From Sporomusaceae bacterium (lineage in GTDB: Bacteria > Bacillota > Negativicutes > UBA1444), in assembly GCA_018434355.1 (NCBI GenBank), contig JAHDPL010000031.1, positions 567-64,566 of the forward strand: a stretch of 64,000 nt of DNA, written 5' to 3'. Each line of letters opens with the position of its first letter. The stretch's first letter is position 1. The position numbers and the translations under genes were made by a program. The notes under the pieces were generated by a model. That model worked only from the letters and a program-made list of their open reading frames with translations. It did not search any database and was not told the origin of the DNA. Positions 38,208 to 46,555 of this stretch are shown piece after piece.

Positions 38208-38236
38208 AGTATAACGCAGTGGAGAGAAATTATCAA
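38208..38236 (-). promoter_or_regulatory. Sigma-70-type promoter (TTGATA-17-TATACT) for the leader/ABC operon
   Basis: Minus strand: TTGATA (38236-38231), 17-nt spacer, TATACT (38213-38208). Confidence 0.6.
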
Positions 38237-38282
38237 TCGAATTATTCGGCGCGTTGCTAAGGACCCGCATTCCAGCGGGTCC

Positions 38283-38927
38283 CTAGCGTTTTGCCGCGAC
38301 CTGCCGTCCCTGCTCCAGAAACAATACTTTCCCGCCCATCGTTTCCGCTTCATCGGGGTCATGGGTCACCAACACGAACGGAATTTTCCAGAGTTTTTGC
38401 ATCTCCATCAGTTCCGCCTGCAATTCCAGGCGGGTCGCTTTGTCCAGCGACGACAGCGGCTCGTCCAGCAGCAGCAGCTTCGGCTCGGCCATTAGCGCCC
38501 GGGCCAGCGCCACCCTTTGCTTTTCGCCGCCGGAGAGCTGACCGACGCGCCGCGCCCCCAGATGACCGATTTTTAGCAGGCCGAGCAGTTTTTCGTACAT
38601 TTCCTGCGCAGCCTCGCCGTGTTGCTTCACGCCATACCAGATGTTCTTCTGCACGTTCATATGGGGGAATAGGGCAAAGTCCTGGAACATATAGCCGATC
38701 TGGCGTTCACGCGGCGGCGCGAAAATCCCTGCAGCAGCGTCAAAAAACACCTTGCCGTCAAGAATGATTCGGCCTGCATCCGGTTTGACCAGACCGGCGA
38801 TCGAGCGCAGCGTGGTTGTTTTGCCGCAACCGGACGGGCCGAACAGAACCAGGATGTCGCGCTCCACCTGGAACTGCAGGTCGAGCGAAAAATCGGGCAG
38901 ATCACAGCGGATATCTACAGACAGCAT
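38283..38927 (-). CDS. modC: Molybdate/tungstate-type ABC ATPase (ModC-like, short form without a TOBE domain)
   Basis: GPSGCGKTT, LSGGEKQRVALARAL, LLLLDEPLSSLD. ATG 38927 overlaps the modB stop (ATGA). Only about 214 aa. Confidence 0.8.
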   Translation of the reverse strand: MLSVDIRCDLPDFSLDLQFQVERDILVLFGPSGCGKTTTLRSIAGLVKPDAGRIILDGKVFFDAAAGIFAPPRERQIGYMFQDFALFPHMNVQKNIWYGVKQHGEAAQEMYEKLLGLLKIGHLGARRVGQLSGGEKQRVALARALMAEPKLLLLDEPLSSLDKATRLELQAELMEMQKLWKIPFVLVTHDPDEAETMGGKVLFLEQGRQVAAKR

Positions 38928-39613
38928 CAGAGCACCCCCCGTTCCGTCGCCTGCGGCTGTTTCCTGCGAGCCCACAGATTAACGCCGAAAATCAGCGAGA
39001 ACGTGAGCAGACTGATGATCAGGACGTATAAACCCGCATGGGTCATATCGTTCGACTCGGCGGCAAAGTAGATGGCGAGGGGAATCGTCTGCGTCTTGCC
39101 GGGGATGTTGCCGGCCACCATGATGGTTGCGCCGAACTCGCCGAGGGCGCGGGAAAACGACAGGACAATCCCTGACAACAAGCCGTGCCAGGCCAGCGGC
39201 AAGGTGACCGTCCAGAACACGCGCCACTCACTTGCCCCCAGCGTGCGGGCCGCGTCTTCCAACTTGGTGTCGATGCTCTGGAAAGCTGCTTTCGTGCTTT
39301 GGTACATCAGCGGGAACGCGACGACCGTGCCGGCGATGACTGCCGCATACGGCGTAAAGATCAGCTGCAGGTCGAAACTGTCAGCGAGAAAGCGTCCAAG
39401 CGGACCTTGCTTGCCAATCAACAACAACAACAAAAACCCCGTCACCACCGGCGGCAAGACCAGCGGCAACGAGAAAACCGCTTCCACGGCGGCCTTGCCG
39501 GTAAATTCGGACCGACGCATGACGTAAGCCGCTGACACGCCCAGCAACACCACGAATCCCAGCGATGCCAACGCTACTTTGATGGAGAGCCAAACCGGCT
39601 GCCACTCGAACAT
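38927..39613 (-). CDS. modB: Molybdate ABC permease
   Basis: ModB-like sequence (SRALGEFGATIMVAGNIPGKTQTIPLAIY). Confidence 0.85.
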   Translation of the reverse strand: MFEWQPVWLSIKVALASLGFVVLLGVSAAYVMRRSEFTGKAAVEAVFSLPLVLPPVVTGFLLLLLIGKQGPLGRFLADSFDLQLIFTPYAAVIAGTVVAFPLMYQSTKAAFQSIDTKLEDAARTLGASEWRVFWTVTLPLAWHGLLSGIVLSFSRALGEFGATIMVAGNIPGKTQTIPLAIYFAAESNDMTHAGLYVLIISLLTFSLIFGVNLWARRKQPQATERGVL

Positions 39614-39634
39614 GCGGATACCTGCCTTGCTGTA

Positions 39635-40444
39635 TTATTTACCCATGACAAAGCCGTGTTTTTCAAATACCGACTTGCCTTCCGGGCCGGCCAGATAGGC
39701 CAGGAACTCCTCGGCGGCTTTTTGGTTCTTGGTTCCGGTGAGCACCGCAGCCGGATAGATGATCGGCGCATGGCTGCCATTCGGCGCTGTCGCCAGGATC
39801 TTCACCTTTTTGCTGGCGGCGGCGTCTGTTTTATATACGAGCCCCGCATCCACATTGCCTGTGTCCACATAGGTCAGGACCGTACGGACATCTTTAGCAA
39901 AAACGATTTTGCTTTGGATTTTTTCCCAGACACCGAGGTTCTTCAGCGCCTGTTCGGCGTACTGGCCGGCGGGCACGACTTTGGTTTCGCCGATGCTGAT
40001 TTGTTTCACCGCATCATTTTGCAGGTCTTCCAGCTTGCTGATGGATAGCTTCGAATCTTTGGGGACGATCAGCACCAGCTTGTTTTCCAGCAGGTTTTTG
40101 CGCGTCGTTTTGATTGCCAGGTTTTTTGCTTCCAACTCGTTCATCTGTTTGGGCGCGGCGGAAATGAAAATATCGGCGGGAGCGCCCTGCTCGATCTGTT
40201 TTTGCAGCGAGCCGGAGGCCCCCAGATTGTAAACAAGTTTAACATGCGGCGCTTTTTTCAGGTAGTTGGTCTGGATTTCCGTCAGGGCGTCCTTCATGCT
40301 GACGGCGGCGGAAATGTTGAGTTCCACCGGTTTTGGCGCTTCCGCCGCTTTCGGCGCCGGTGACTGAGAACTTCCCCCGCAACCGGAAAGCAGCAAACTG
40401 ATTGCTACAACTACCAGGAGCGGAACCCGTGACAGATTTTTCAT
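39635..40444 (-). CDS. modA: Molybdate-binding lipoprotein
   Basis: Lipobox LSGCGG. ModA-type sequence (LNISAAVSMKDAL...ADIFISAA...VPAGQYA). Confidence 0.85.
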   Translation of the reverse strand: MKNLSRVPLLVVVAISLLLSGCGGSSQSPAPKAAEAPKPVELNISAAVSMKDALTEIQTNYLKKAPHVKLVYNLGASGSLQKQIEQGAPADIFISAAPKQMNELEAKNLAIKTTRKNLLENKLVLIVPKDSKLSISKLEDLQNDAVKQISIGETKVVPAGQYAEQALKNLGVWEKIQSKIVFAKDVRTVLTYVDTGNVDAGLVYKTDAAASKKVKILATAPNGSHAPIIYPAAVLTGTKNQKAAEEFLAYLAGPEGKSVFEKHGFVMGK

Positions 40445-40750
40445 GCTGAGTACCTCCTGTTACTGCTTTGCTTAGGAACCACTGAAATATTTAGCAATCG
40501 GAATTATTCAGCGCTTCCCTAAATCAAAAACAAAAGTCAGCGAACATAACCTAACAAGGATTACGTCGACTGACACAGCATTGTATCATTAGTTTGTTTT
40601 GCAACCGATATTGCTGAGGAGAAATTGCCGTGCCAATTCATAACCGAACAAAACACTACAAAACCATCATGGCGACATTATACAATTTGTTGTAATATAA
40701 ACGCAAGAGCATTTTCAAATAAGCATCATTCGGAACATGGAGGGGCAAGC

Positions 40751-41686
40751 ATGACAGGCACGCAGTCCTACACGCCGGAGGAACTGGCCAAAATCCTCAA
40801 GATCACCCGGTTCACGGTATATGAGATGATCAAGCGCGGCGATTTGCCTGCCTATCGTATCGGCCGCAAAGTCCGCGTCGAAGCCGCCGACCTGGACGCC
40901 TATATCAATAAATCAAAGGGGGCAGGTTTTTCTGTGCTCCCGAGCAATGAATCGACCGTTGCCTTGCCCCGAATCGGCCCGGAAGAGCTAGTCCTCTGTG
41001 GACAGGACGCTTCGCTCGACATTTTGACCCGCCACCTGCAAAAGGAATTGCCGCATGTCCGCTTGCTGCGCAACTACATCGGCAGCATCGACGGATTGCT
41101 GGCCCTCTACCACGGCAAAGCCAACGCGGTGACCGCCCATCTGTGGGACAGCGACAGCGACAGTTACAATACGCCGTATGTGCGCCGGTTGCTGCCGGGG
41201 CATCGCACCCTCATCATCAATCTGGTGTATCGCACCGAAGGGTTTTACGTGCATAAAGGCAATCCCAAGCAAATCCTGGACTGGGCCGACCTGTGCAAGC
41301 CGGCGGTCCGCTTCGTGAACCGGGAATGCGGTTCCGGCGCGCGGGTGCTGTTGGACGAGAAGCTGCGGATTCATAACATCGACCGTGACAAAATCAATGG
41401 ATACGCTGAAGAAGAAATGAGCCACCTGGCTGTTGCCAGCCGCGTGGCCCGTGGTGAGGCTGATGTTGGGTTGGGGATTGAAAAAGCGGCGCTGCAGGTG
41501 AAGGAACTGGATTTTGTGCCGCTGCAAACAGAGCGCTACGACCTGATTATCCGCCGCGAAGATGCGGAAAAGCCGATTTTCAGAACGCTGCTGACGGCGC
41601 TGCGTTCCCAGGCATTCCATAACGAACTGCGCGGCATGGGCGGTTACGACCTCAGCCGTACCGGCGAGATCATGGCCGAGACATAA
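40751..41686 (+). CDS. HTH (excisionase/MerR-like HTH_17) regulator fused to a periplasmic-binding-protein-like domain; putative molybdate-responsive regulator
   Basis: YTPEELAKILKITRFTVYEMIKRGDLPAYRIGRKVRV is an HTH_17 sequence, followed by a PBP-like domain. Divergent from modABC. ATG 40751 has a GGAGGGG RBS. Confidence 0.7.
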   Translation: MTGTQSYTPEELAKILKITRFTVYEMIKRGDLPAYRIGRKVRVEAADLDAYINKSKGAGFSVLPSNESTVALPRIGPEELVLCGQDASLDILTRHLQKELPHVRLLRNYIGSIDGLLALYHGKANAVTAHLWDSDSDSYNTPYVRRLLPGHRTLIINLVYRTEGFYVHKGNPKQILDWADLCKPAVRFVNRECGSGARVLLDEKLRIHNIDRDKINGYAEEEMSHLAVASRVARGEADVGLGIEKAALQVKELDFVPLQTERYDLIIRREDAEKPIFRTLLTALRSQAFHNELRGMGGYDLSRTGEIMAET

Positions 41687-41786
41687 TGTTCTCCAAAATT
41701 CTGAAAATTTGCGATGGACGAGAGAGATAAGAAGTGCTACACTGGAAACACGGAGAAATATTCTCTGATTTTAGGAGGTGGCATGG

Positions 41787-42200
41787 ATGAAAAAACTGAT
41801 GTCCGGATTGCTCCTCGCCAGCATGGTGTTGCTTGTTCTCGGTTCATTCCAGGTTGCATCGGCTGCTCCGTTCAAAGTAATGGGTAGCGATGACGAGTCC
41901 TATCTCGCAGACTCTCGCGGCATGACCCTATACATTTATTTGAAAGACAGTCCGGGCAAGGCCACTTGCGTCGGCGACTGCGTAAAGCGTTGGCCGATAT
42001 TCTATACTGAAAAAGTGATGGTGCCTGCTGGAATGGACGCGAAAGAATTTGGCGTCATCACCCATCCGAGCGGAGTCAAGCAGAATACTTTCCGCGGTTG
42101 GCCGCTGTATTACTTTGCCATGGACAAGATGGCCGGAGATACGATGGGGCAGGGCAGAAGCAACGTCTGGTTCGTCGTAAGGAACCCCGAATCCATTTAG
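41787..42200 (+). CDS. Secreted protein with Yx(FWY)xxD-type repeats (COG4315 / 'secreted repeat of unknown function')
   Basis: Signal peptide ending VASA-AP. Motifs GMTLYIYLKDSPGKATCVGDCVKRWP and FRGWPLYYFAMDKMAGDTMGQG. Confidence 0.7.
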   Translation: MKKLMSGLLLASMVLLVLGSFQVASAAPFKVMGSDDESYLADSRGMTLYIYLKDSPGKATCVGDCVKRWPIFYTEKVMVPAGMDAKEFGVITHPSGVKQNTFRGWPLYYFAMDKMAGDTMGQGRSNVWFVVRNPESI

Positions 42201-42233
42201 GAATCTGTAATCGTGCATAGTGGCAATAAAAAT

Positions 42234-42277
42234 AGCCCCTGGCGGTTCTAATCGGAGCAGCCGGGGGCTTTGTTTGA
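42234..42277. terminator. Bidirectional terminator between convergent genes
   Basis: AGCCCCTGGC...GCCGGGGGCT stem, TTTGTTT downstream and an A-run upstream. Confidence 0.75.
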
Positions 42278-42283
42278 TTGATG

Positions 42284-43030
42284 TTAAAGCGGAACCAGCT
42301 CCACTTGCCCCCAGGCGCCGAGCTGGTCGCCGAGGATGATGACGCAGCCGAGCAAACCAGGCAACGATGGCGCGACGGCCAGGGCGGTGGCGATGTCCTC
42401 GCCGGTCTGGACCAGGTTGCCGAGCGTGCTGGCATAGGCGTCAGCCAGGGCGGCCGAGGCGGCCAGCGTGACGGTGGCGTCGGTCTTGCCCAGACTGACC
42501 GACGGGCCGACCGTGCCGGCGGAGGTGCAGACGCCAAGCGGCATCTGTACGGGCGGGATGCGCAGGGCCAGCTGCTGTGACAGCGGCGAGTCACCGGCGT
42601 AGATGCCGATCAGGGCTTCGGTCTGCGTATGCAGGTAAATATCGCCGCCGTTTTCCACGATGATTTCGCGGGAGCCGGTCCGGCGGGCCAGCGACTTGCC
42701 GATCGTTTCGGCGAATGCGCCGGCGACCGCAGCCATCGGGCCGACCCCGGCCGGCGCAGCAGCAGCCGCCATCAGGCGGGCTATTTCCGGCGCGGAGGGC
42801 AGCAGCGTCACCGGACTGAAACTATGCAGAAAATCCGGCTGCTCTGTGATGTAGCGGTTCAGCTGTTGCCGCAGCAACATAACTTCTTGGCGGACCTGCT
42901 CCGGCAGACCGGCAAAAAAAGCGCCCGTATCGACGCCGATCCACAGGTCGGTTTCCAGCCAGGAAACCGAGAAGTAGGTCAGGCCGCTGCGGGCGGATTG
43001 CTTTCGGTAGGTTCGCGGTTCATACGGCAT
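42284..43030 (-). CDS. UPF0280/COG2122 (ApbE-like) protein, sulfide-assimilation-associated
   Basis: About 248 aa, with an N-terminus like UPF0280 proteins. Adjacent to the COG1900 and NIL-ferredoxin genes. Family call is by eye. Confidence 0.6.
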   Translation of the reverse strand: MPYEPRTYRKQSARSGLTYFSVSWLETDLWIGVDTGAFFAGLPEQVRQEVMLLRQQLNRYITEQPDFLHSFSPVTLLPSAPEIARLMAAAAAPAGVGPMAAVAGAFAETIGKSLARRTGSREIIVENGGDIYLHTQTEALIGIYAGDSPLSQQLALRIPPVQMPLGVCTSAGTVGPSVSLGKTDATVTLAASAALADAYASTLGNLVQTGEDIATALAVAPSLPGLLGCVIILGDQLGAWGQVELVPL

Positions 43031-43033
43031 GGT

Positions 43034-43441
43034 CTATTTGAACTCGGCCCGGATCAGCCGCAGCGGACAGGCGGGGACGCAGAGTCCGCACATCACGCAC
43101 TTTTCCGAGTCAAACACCAGCTGCCAGTTGTCGCGATCCAGCGACAGCGCGCCGGAAAGGCAGACGGCGGTGCAGGCGCCGCAGTGGATGCAGCGGTCCT
43201 GTTCGACCGTGATCTGCTGGTTCAGCGGTATGATCGTCACATTATGCGACTTCAGGAATGCCAGGCCCTGCTCCAGCTTGTCCGGTTCGGCTTCGACTTC
43301 CATCAACAAGCGGCCTTCCTGTTCGCCGCTGATCGTGGCCCGCAGGATGTTGACCATGAAATCGTAATCCTTGATCAGGTGATAGGTCAGCGGAATCTTC
43401 GAGCTTTCCGGCGGAAATTTGATCGTAAAGCGACAGCGCAT
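43034..43441 (-). CDS. NIL-domain/2x[4Fe-4S] ferredoxin protein
   Basis: NIL-like N-terminus (KIPLTYHLIKDYDFMVNILRATI), then CIHCGACTAVC and CVMCGLCVPACP. I chose ATG 43441. Confidence 0.75.
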   Translation of the reverse strand: MRCRFTIKFPPESSKIPLTYHLIKDYDFMVNILRATISGEQEGRLLMEVEAEPDKLEQGLAFLKSHNVTIIPLNQQITVEQDRCIHCGACTAVCLSGALSLDRDNWQLVFDSEKCVMCGLCVPACPLRLIRAEFK

Positions 43442-43442
43442 C

Positions 43443-44615
43443 TCAGCAGCCCTCCTTGACATTCAATGAGGTCAGCGACTTGCCGAGCGGCAATCGCTCT
43501 GCCGGTTCCTGCAGCAGGAACTGACCGGAACGGACCCATTCGCCGAGCAGGGCGGCGATCTGGCGGGCCTTGCGCATGCTGGACAGCGGCGCTGTGGGGA
43601 TGCGGCGGCCGTTTAGGTTGATATGACCGGATTTCAGCTCGGCGTAACTGACTTTGGCCAGCACCGGCCGAGCGCGGCGGGGAACGCCATAATCGACCAA
43701 TCCGGTATAGATGTCGGCATCGCTGACGGCCAGGCAGCGCACCATGTCGGCGTCCAACACCGGCATCGGCACGCCGATGCCGACAAACAGGCTGACGCCA
43801 TATTTTTCATAGACTGCGGCCTGGATATAGTCCGGGCTCATTTCTTTCAGGTTGCCGGTTACGCTGAGGGTGGCTGCGCCGCCAAGCGGTACGCCGTTGG
43901 GCAGGCGCTCGCGGGCCGAATTGTGCTGGGTGCCGTGGCCGGCCACGTAGCCGACCGCACCGCCGAGGAAAATCCGCGTGCCGAGGCCGATCGTGCGGTA
44001 CTCGGGGTCATTGAGCAGCGGGCTGAGCGCGCCGGAGGTGGAGTAGGTCACGTTGGCCAGGTTGGGCAGCAACACGCCCATGTAGGTGTAAAGCGTTTCC
44101 GCCGAAGAATTGACGGCTGCCGCGTAATTTTGGTAAGCGTTGCGCGGGTTGAACAGAATCGCCTCATTGATTTCGGCCAGCGTGATGTCGCTTTCCCATT
44201 CGCGCAGAGGGTAACAGTCCGTGCCGCTGCCGACCGCTTCCAGATGGACGGAGCGGCCTTCCAGCAACTCCTGGATCACATGCGCGCCGCCGTAGGTTTG
44301 GCCTGGTTCGCGGTCTTCGGCTTCCTCGGTGGCGCCGAGATAGGCGTCGACGGCTGCCAGGCCGGCATAGGCCGACACGCCGTTCAGCCAGACTTTTTTC
44401 ATCCGGATCGGCGGGTCGCTGTGACCAAAATTCAAAAACACGCCGGAAGAACACATCGGGCCGAAGGTGGCGGTCGTGACCACGTCGACGGTCTGAGCGA
44501 CTTTTTCCGCGCCCTGCTCGGCCACCATCGGGATGATTTCCTCGGCGGTGACGACTACCGCCTGGCCGGCGCGGATCTTGGCGTTGATTTCTTCATAGGA
44601 CTTGCGAATCGCCAT
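43443..44615 (-). CDS. COG1900/DUF39 homocysteine-biosynthesis protein
   Basis: DUF39-type sequence (VDVVTTATFGPMCSSGVFLNFGHSDPPIRM, LNGVSAYAGLAAVDAYLGAT). Confidence 0.75.
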   Translation of the reverse strand: MAIRKSYEEINAKIRAGQAVVVTAEEIIPMVAEQGAEKVAQTVDVVTTATFGPMCSSGVFLNFGHSDPPIRMKKVWLNGVSAYAGLAAVDAYLGATEEAEDREPGQTYGGAHVIQELLEGRSVHLEAVGSGTDCYPLREWESDITLAEINEAILFNPRNAYQNYAAAVNSSAETLYTYMGVLLPNLANVTYSTSGALSPLLNDPEYRTIGLGTRIFLGGAVGYVAGHGTQHNSARERLPNGVPLGGAATLSVTGNLKEMSPDYIQAAVYEKYGVSLFVGIGVPMPVLDADMVRCLAVSDADIYTGLVDYGVPRRARPVLAKVSYAELKSGHINLNGRRIPTAPLSSMRKARQIAALLGEWVRSGQFLLQEPAERLPLGKSLTSLNVKEGC

Positions 44616-45061
44616 TACCAGTAGAACCCCGGAACGTCGCCGGTCGCCGCGTCGACGGGAGCGGCGGTTGCGTCGCCGTTTACGATTCGGGCGGCCCGCT
44701 CCAGGTTATCGACCTTGATGACGACCCGGGCCTCGTTGGCCGAGGTCGCGGCAAACGCGTACACATACTCGACATTGATGCCGGCTGCGCTGAGGCTTTC
44801 CATCTTTTCCAGCAGGCCGCCCGGCGTATCGGCGACCGTCATGGTGAGCACCGGCGTGGCTTTTACGGCGTAGCCGGCGCCGCGCAGGATGCGCTCGACC
44901 TTGGCCGGATCGTTGACAATCATCCGCAGGATGCCGAAGTCGGCGGTGTCGGCGACCGACAGGGCCCGCAGGTTGATGGCGTGTTCTTTCAAGACGCCGA
45001 GGACTTCCGCCAGGGTTCCCGGGCGGTTTTCGACGAATACGGAGATTTGTTGAATGATCAT
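44615..45061 (-). CDS. ACT-domain protein (tandem ACT)
   Basis: ISVFVENRPGTLAEVLGVLKEHAINL is an ACT motif. Its stop overlaps the start of the COG1900 gene (TAATG). Confidence 0.8.
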   Translation of the reverse strand: MIIQQISVFVENRPGTLAEVLGVLKEHAINLRALSVADTADFGILRMIVNDPAKVERILRGAGYAVKATPVLTMTVADTPGGLLEKMESLSAAGINVEYVYAFAATSANEARVVIKVDNLERAARIVNGDATAAPVDAATGDVPGFYW

Positions 45062-45079
45062 GGCGTTTCCCTCCCTATG

Positions 45080-46378
45080 TTATATCATACGTTTGTCGAT
45101 TACCCGCTTGGCTTTGCCTTCACTGCGTTCGATCGCTTTGGGGCTGACCAGGCGGACTTTGGCGCTGACGCTGAGCGCGCTGGCCAGTTCCGCTTCTATT
45201 TTATGCTCCAACACTTCCAGGCGGCGGATCTCGTCGGAGAACATGTTTTCGGTCATCTCGACCAGCACAGTCAGGTTGTCCAGGTTATCGGCCCGGTCGA
45301 CGATCAGCTGGTAGTGGGGCGAGGTCTCACCCAGTCCAAGCAGCACGCTTTCGACCTGCGACGGGAACACGTTGACGCCGCGGATGATCAGCATATCGTC
45401 GCTGCGACCGAGCACCTTGCTCATCCGAATCAGCGTCCGACCGCAGTCGCAGGGGGCGGAGTCGAGCACAGCCAGGTCGCGGGTGCGGTAGCGCAGCATC
45501 GGCATGCCTTCTTTGGTCAGGGTGGTCAGCACCAGCTCGCCCTTCTCGCCGTGCGGCAGGATTTGGCCGCTGACCGGGTCGATGATTTCGGCGTAGAAAT
45601 GGTCTTCGTTGATGTGCAGGCCGTTTTGGCAGGGACATTCGCTGGCCACGCCGGGGCCGATGATCTCGCTGAGGCCGTAGATATCAAACGCCTTGATGCC
45701 GAGTGCTTTTTCAATTTCACCTCGCATCCGCTCCGACCAGGGTTCGGCGCCGAACACGCCGGCTTTGAGTGTGAGGTCCTGCGGCGATAAGCCCATCTCT
45801 TTCATCGTTTCGGCGATATACAGCGCATAGGACGGGGTGCAGGCGAGCAGCGTGGTGCCGAAGTCCTTCATCAACATGATCTGTCGTTGCGTGTTGCCGC
45901 TGGAGACCGGAATGACCGAGGCGCCGACCGCTTCCGCGCCGTAATGCACGCCCAGTCCGCCGGTGAACAGGCCATAGCCGTAGGCGACCTGGATGAACGA
46001 CTGTTTGCTGGCTCCGGCCGCCGTCAAGGTGCGGGCCATGACTTCCGACCAGATGCCGAGGTCGCGGCTGGTGTAGCCGACGACGGTATGTTTGCCGGTG
46101 GTGCCGCTGGACGCGTGCAACCGGACGATTTCCGCCAGCGGGACCGCGAACAGACCGTATGGATAGTTGTCGCGCATGTCCTGTTTGGTGATGAACGGAA
46201 GTTTGCCGATGTCTTCGATTGAACCGACCTCGTCCGGCAACAGGCCGGCTTTTTGCAAAGACTCCCGGTAAAACGGCACTTGCCGGTAAACCCGCCTCAC
46301 CTGTTGAATCAAGCGTGCGGACTGCAGCTCCGCCATCTGCTGACGGTCCATGGTCTCCATCGGTTTGTTCCAATACAA
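45080..46378 (-). CDS. paaK: Phenylacetate-CoA ligase family (PaaK-like) adenylate-forming enzyme
   Basis: [15 protein letters not shown] motif and PaaK-like N-terminus [18 protein letters not shown]. Start uncertain: TTG 46378, ATG 46360 or ATG 46423. Confidence 0.8.
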   Translation of the reverse strand: MYWNKPMETMDRQQMAELQSARLIQQVRRVYRQVPFYRESLQKAGLLPDEVGSIEDIGKLPFITKQDMRDNYPYGLFAVPLAEIVRLHASSGTTGKHTVVGYTSRDLGIWSEVMARTLTAAGASKQSFIQVAYGYGLFTGGLGVHYGAEAVGASVIPVSSGNTQRQIMLMKDFGTTLLACTPSYALYIAETMKEMGLSPQDLTLKAGVFGAEPWSERMRGEIEKALGIKAFDIYGLSEIIGPGVASECPCQNGLHINEDHFYAEIIDPVSGQILPHGEKGELVLTTLTKEGMPMLRYRTRDLAVLDSAPCDCGRTLIRMSKVLGRSDDMLIIRGVNVFPSQVESVLLGLGETSPHYQLIVDRADNLDNLTVLVEMTENMFSDEIRRLEVLEHKIEAELASALSVSAKVRLVSPKAIERSEGKAKRVIDKRMI

Positions 46379-46555
46379 AATGAAAGCCCCCCATCTTACC
46401 TTGCTACACGAATAGTTCCCCACGGGGATGGTCGATGTATACAGTATGTTATTTGCAGTAATTATAACAGTCCACTGTTAACCGTGCAAGAAAACTGGGC
46501 CGGCTTTGGCGCTGCGGGAAGGAAAAAGCCGTCCGGATGTGAAAATTATCATAGT

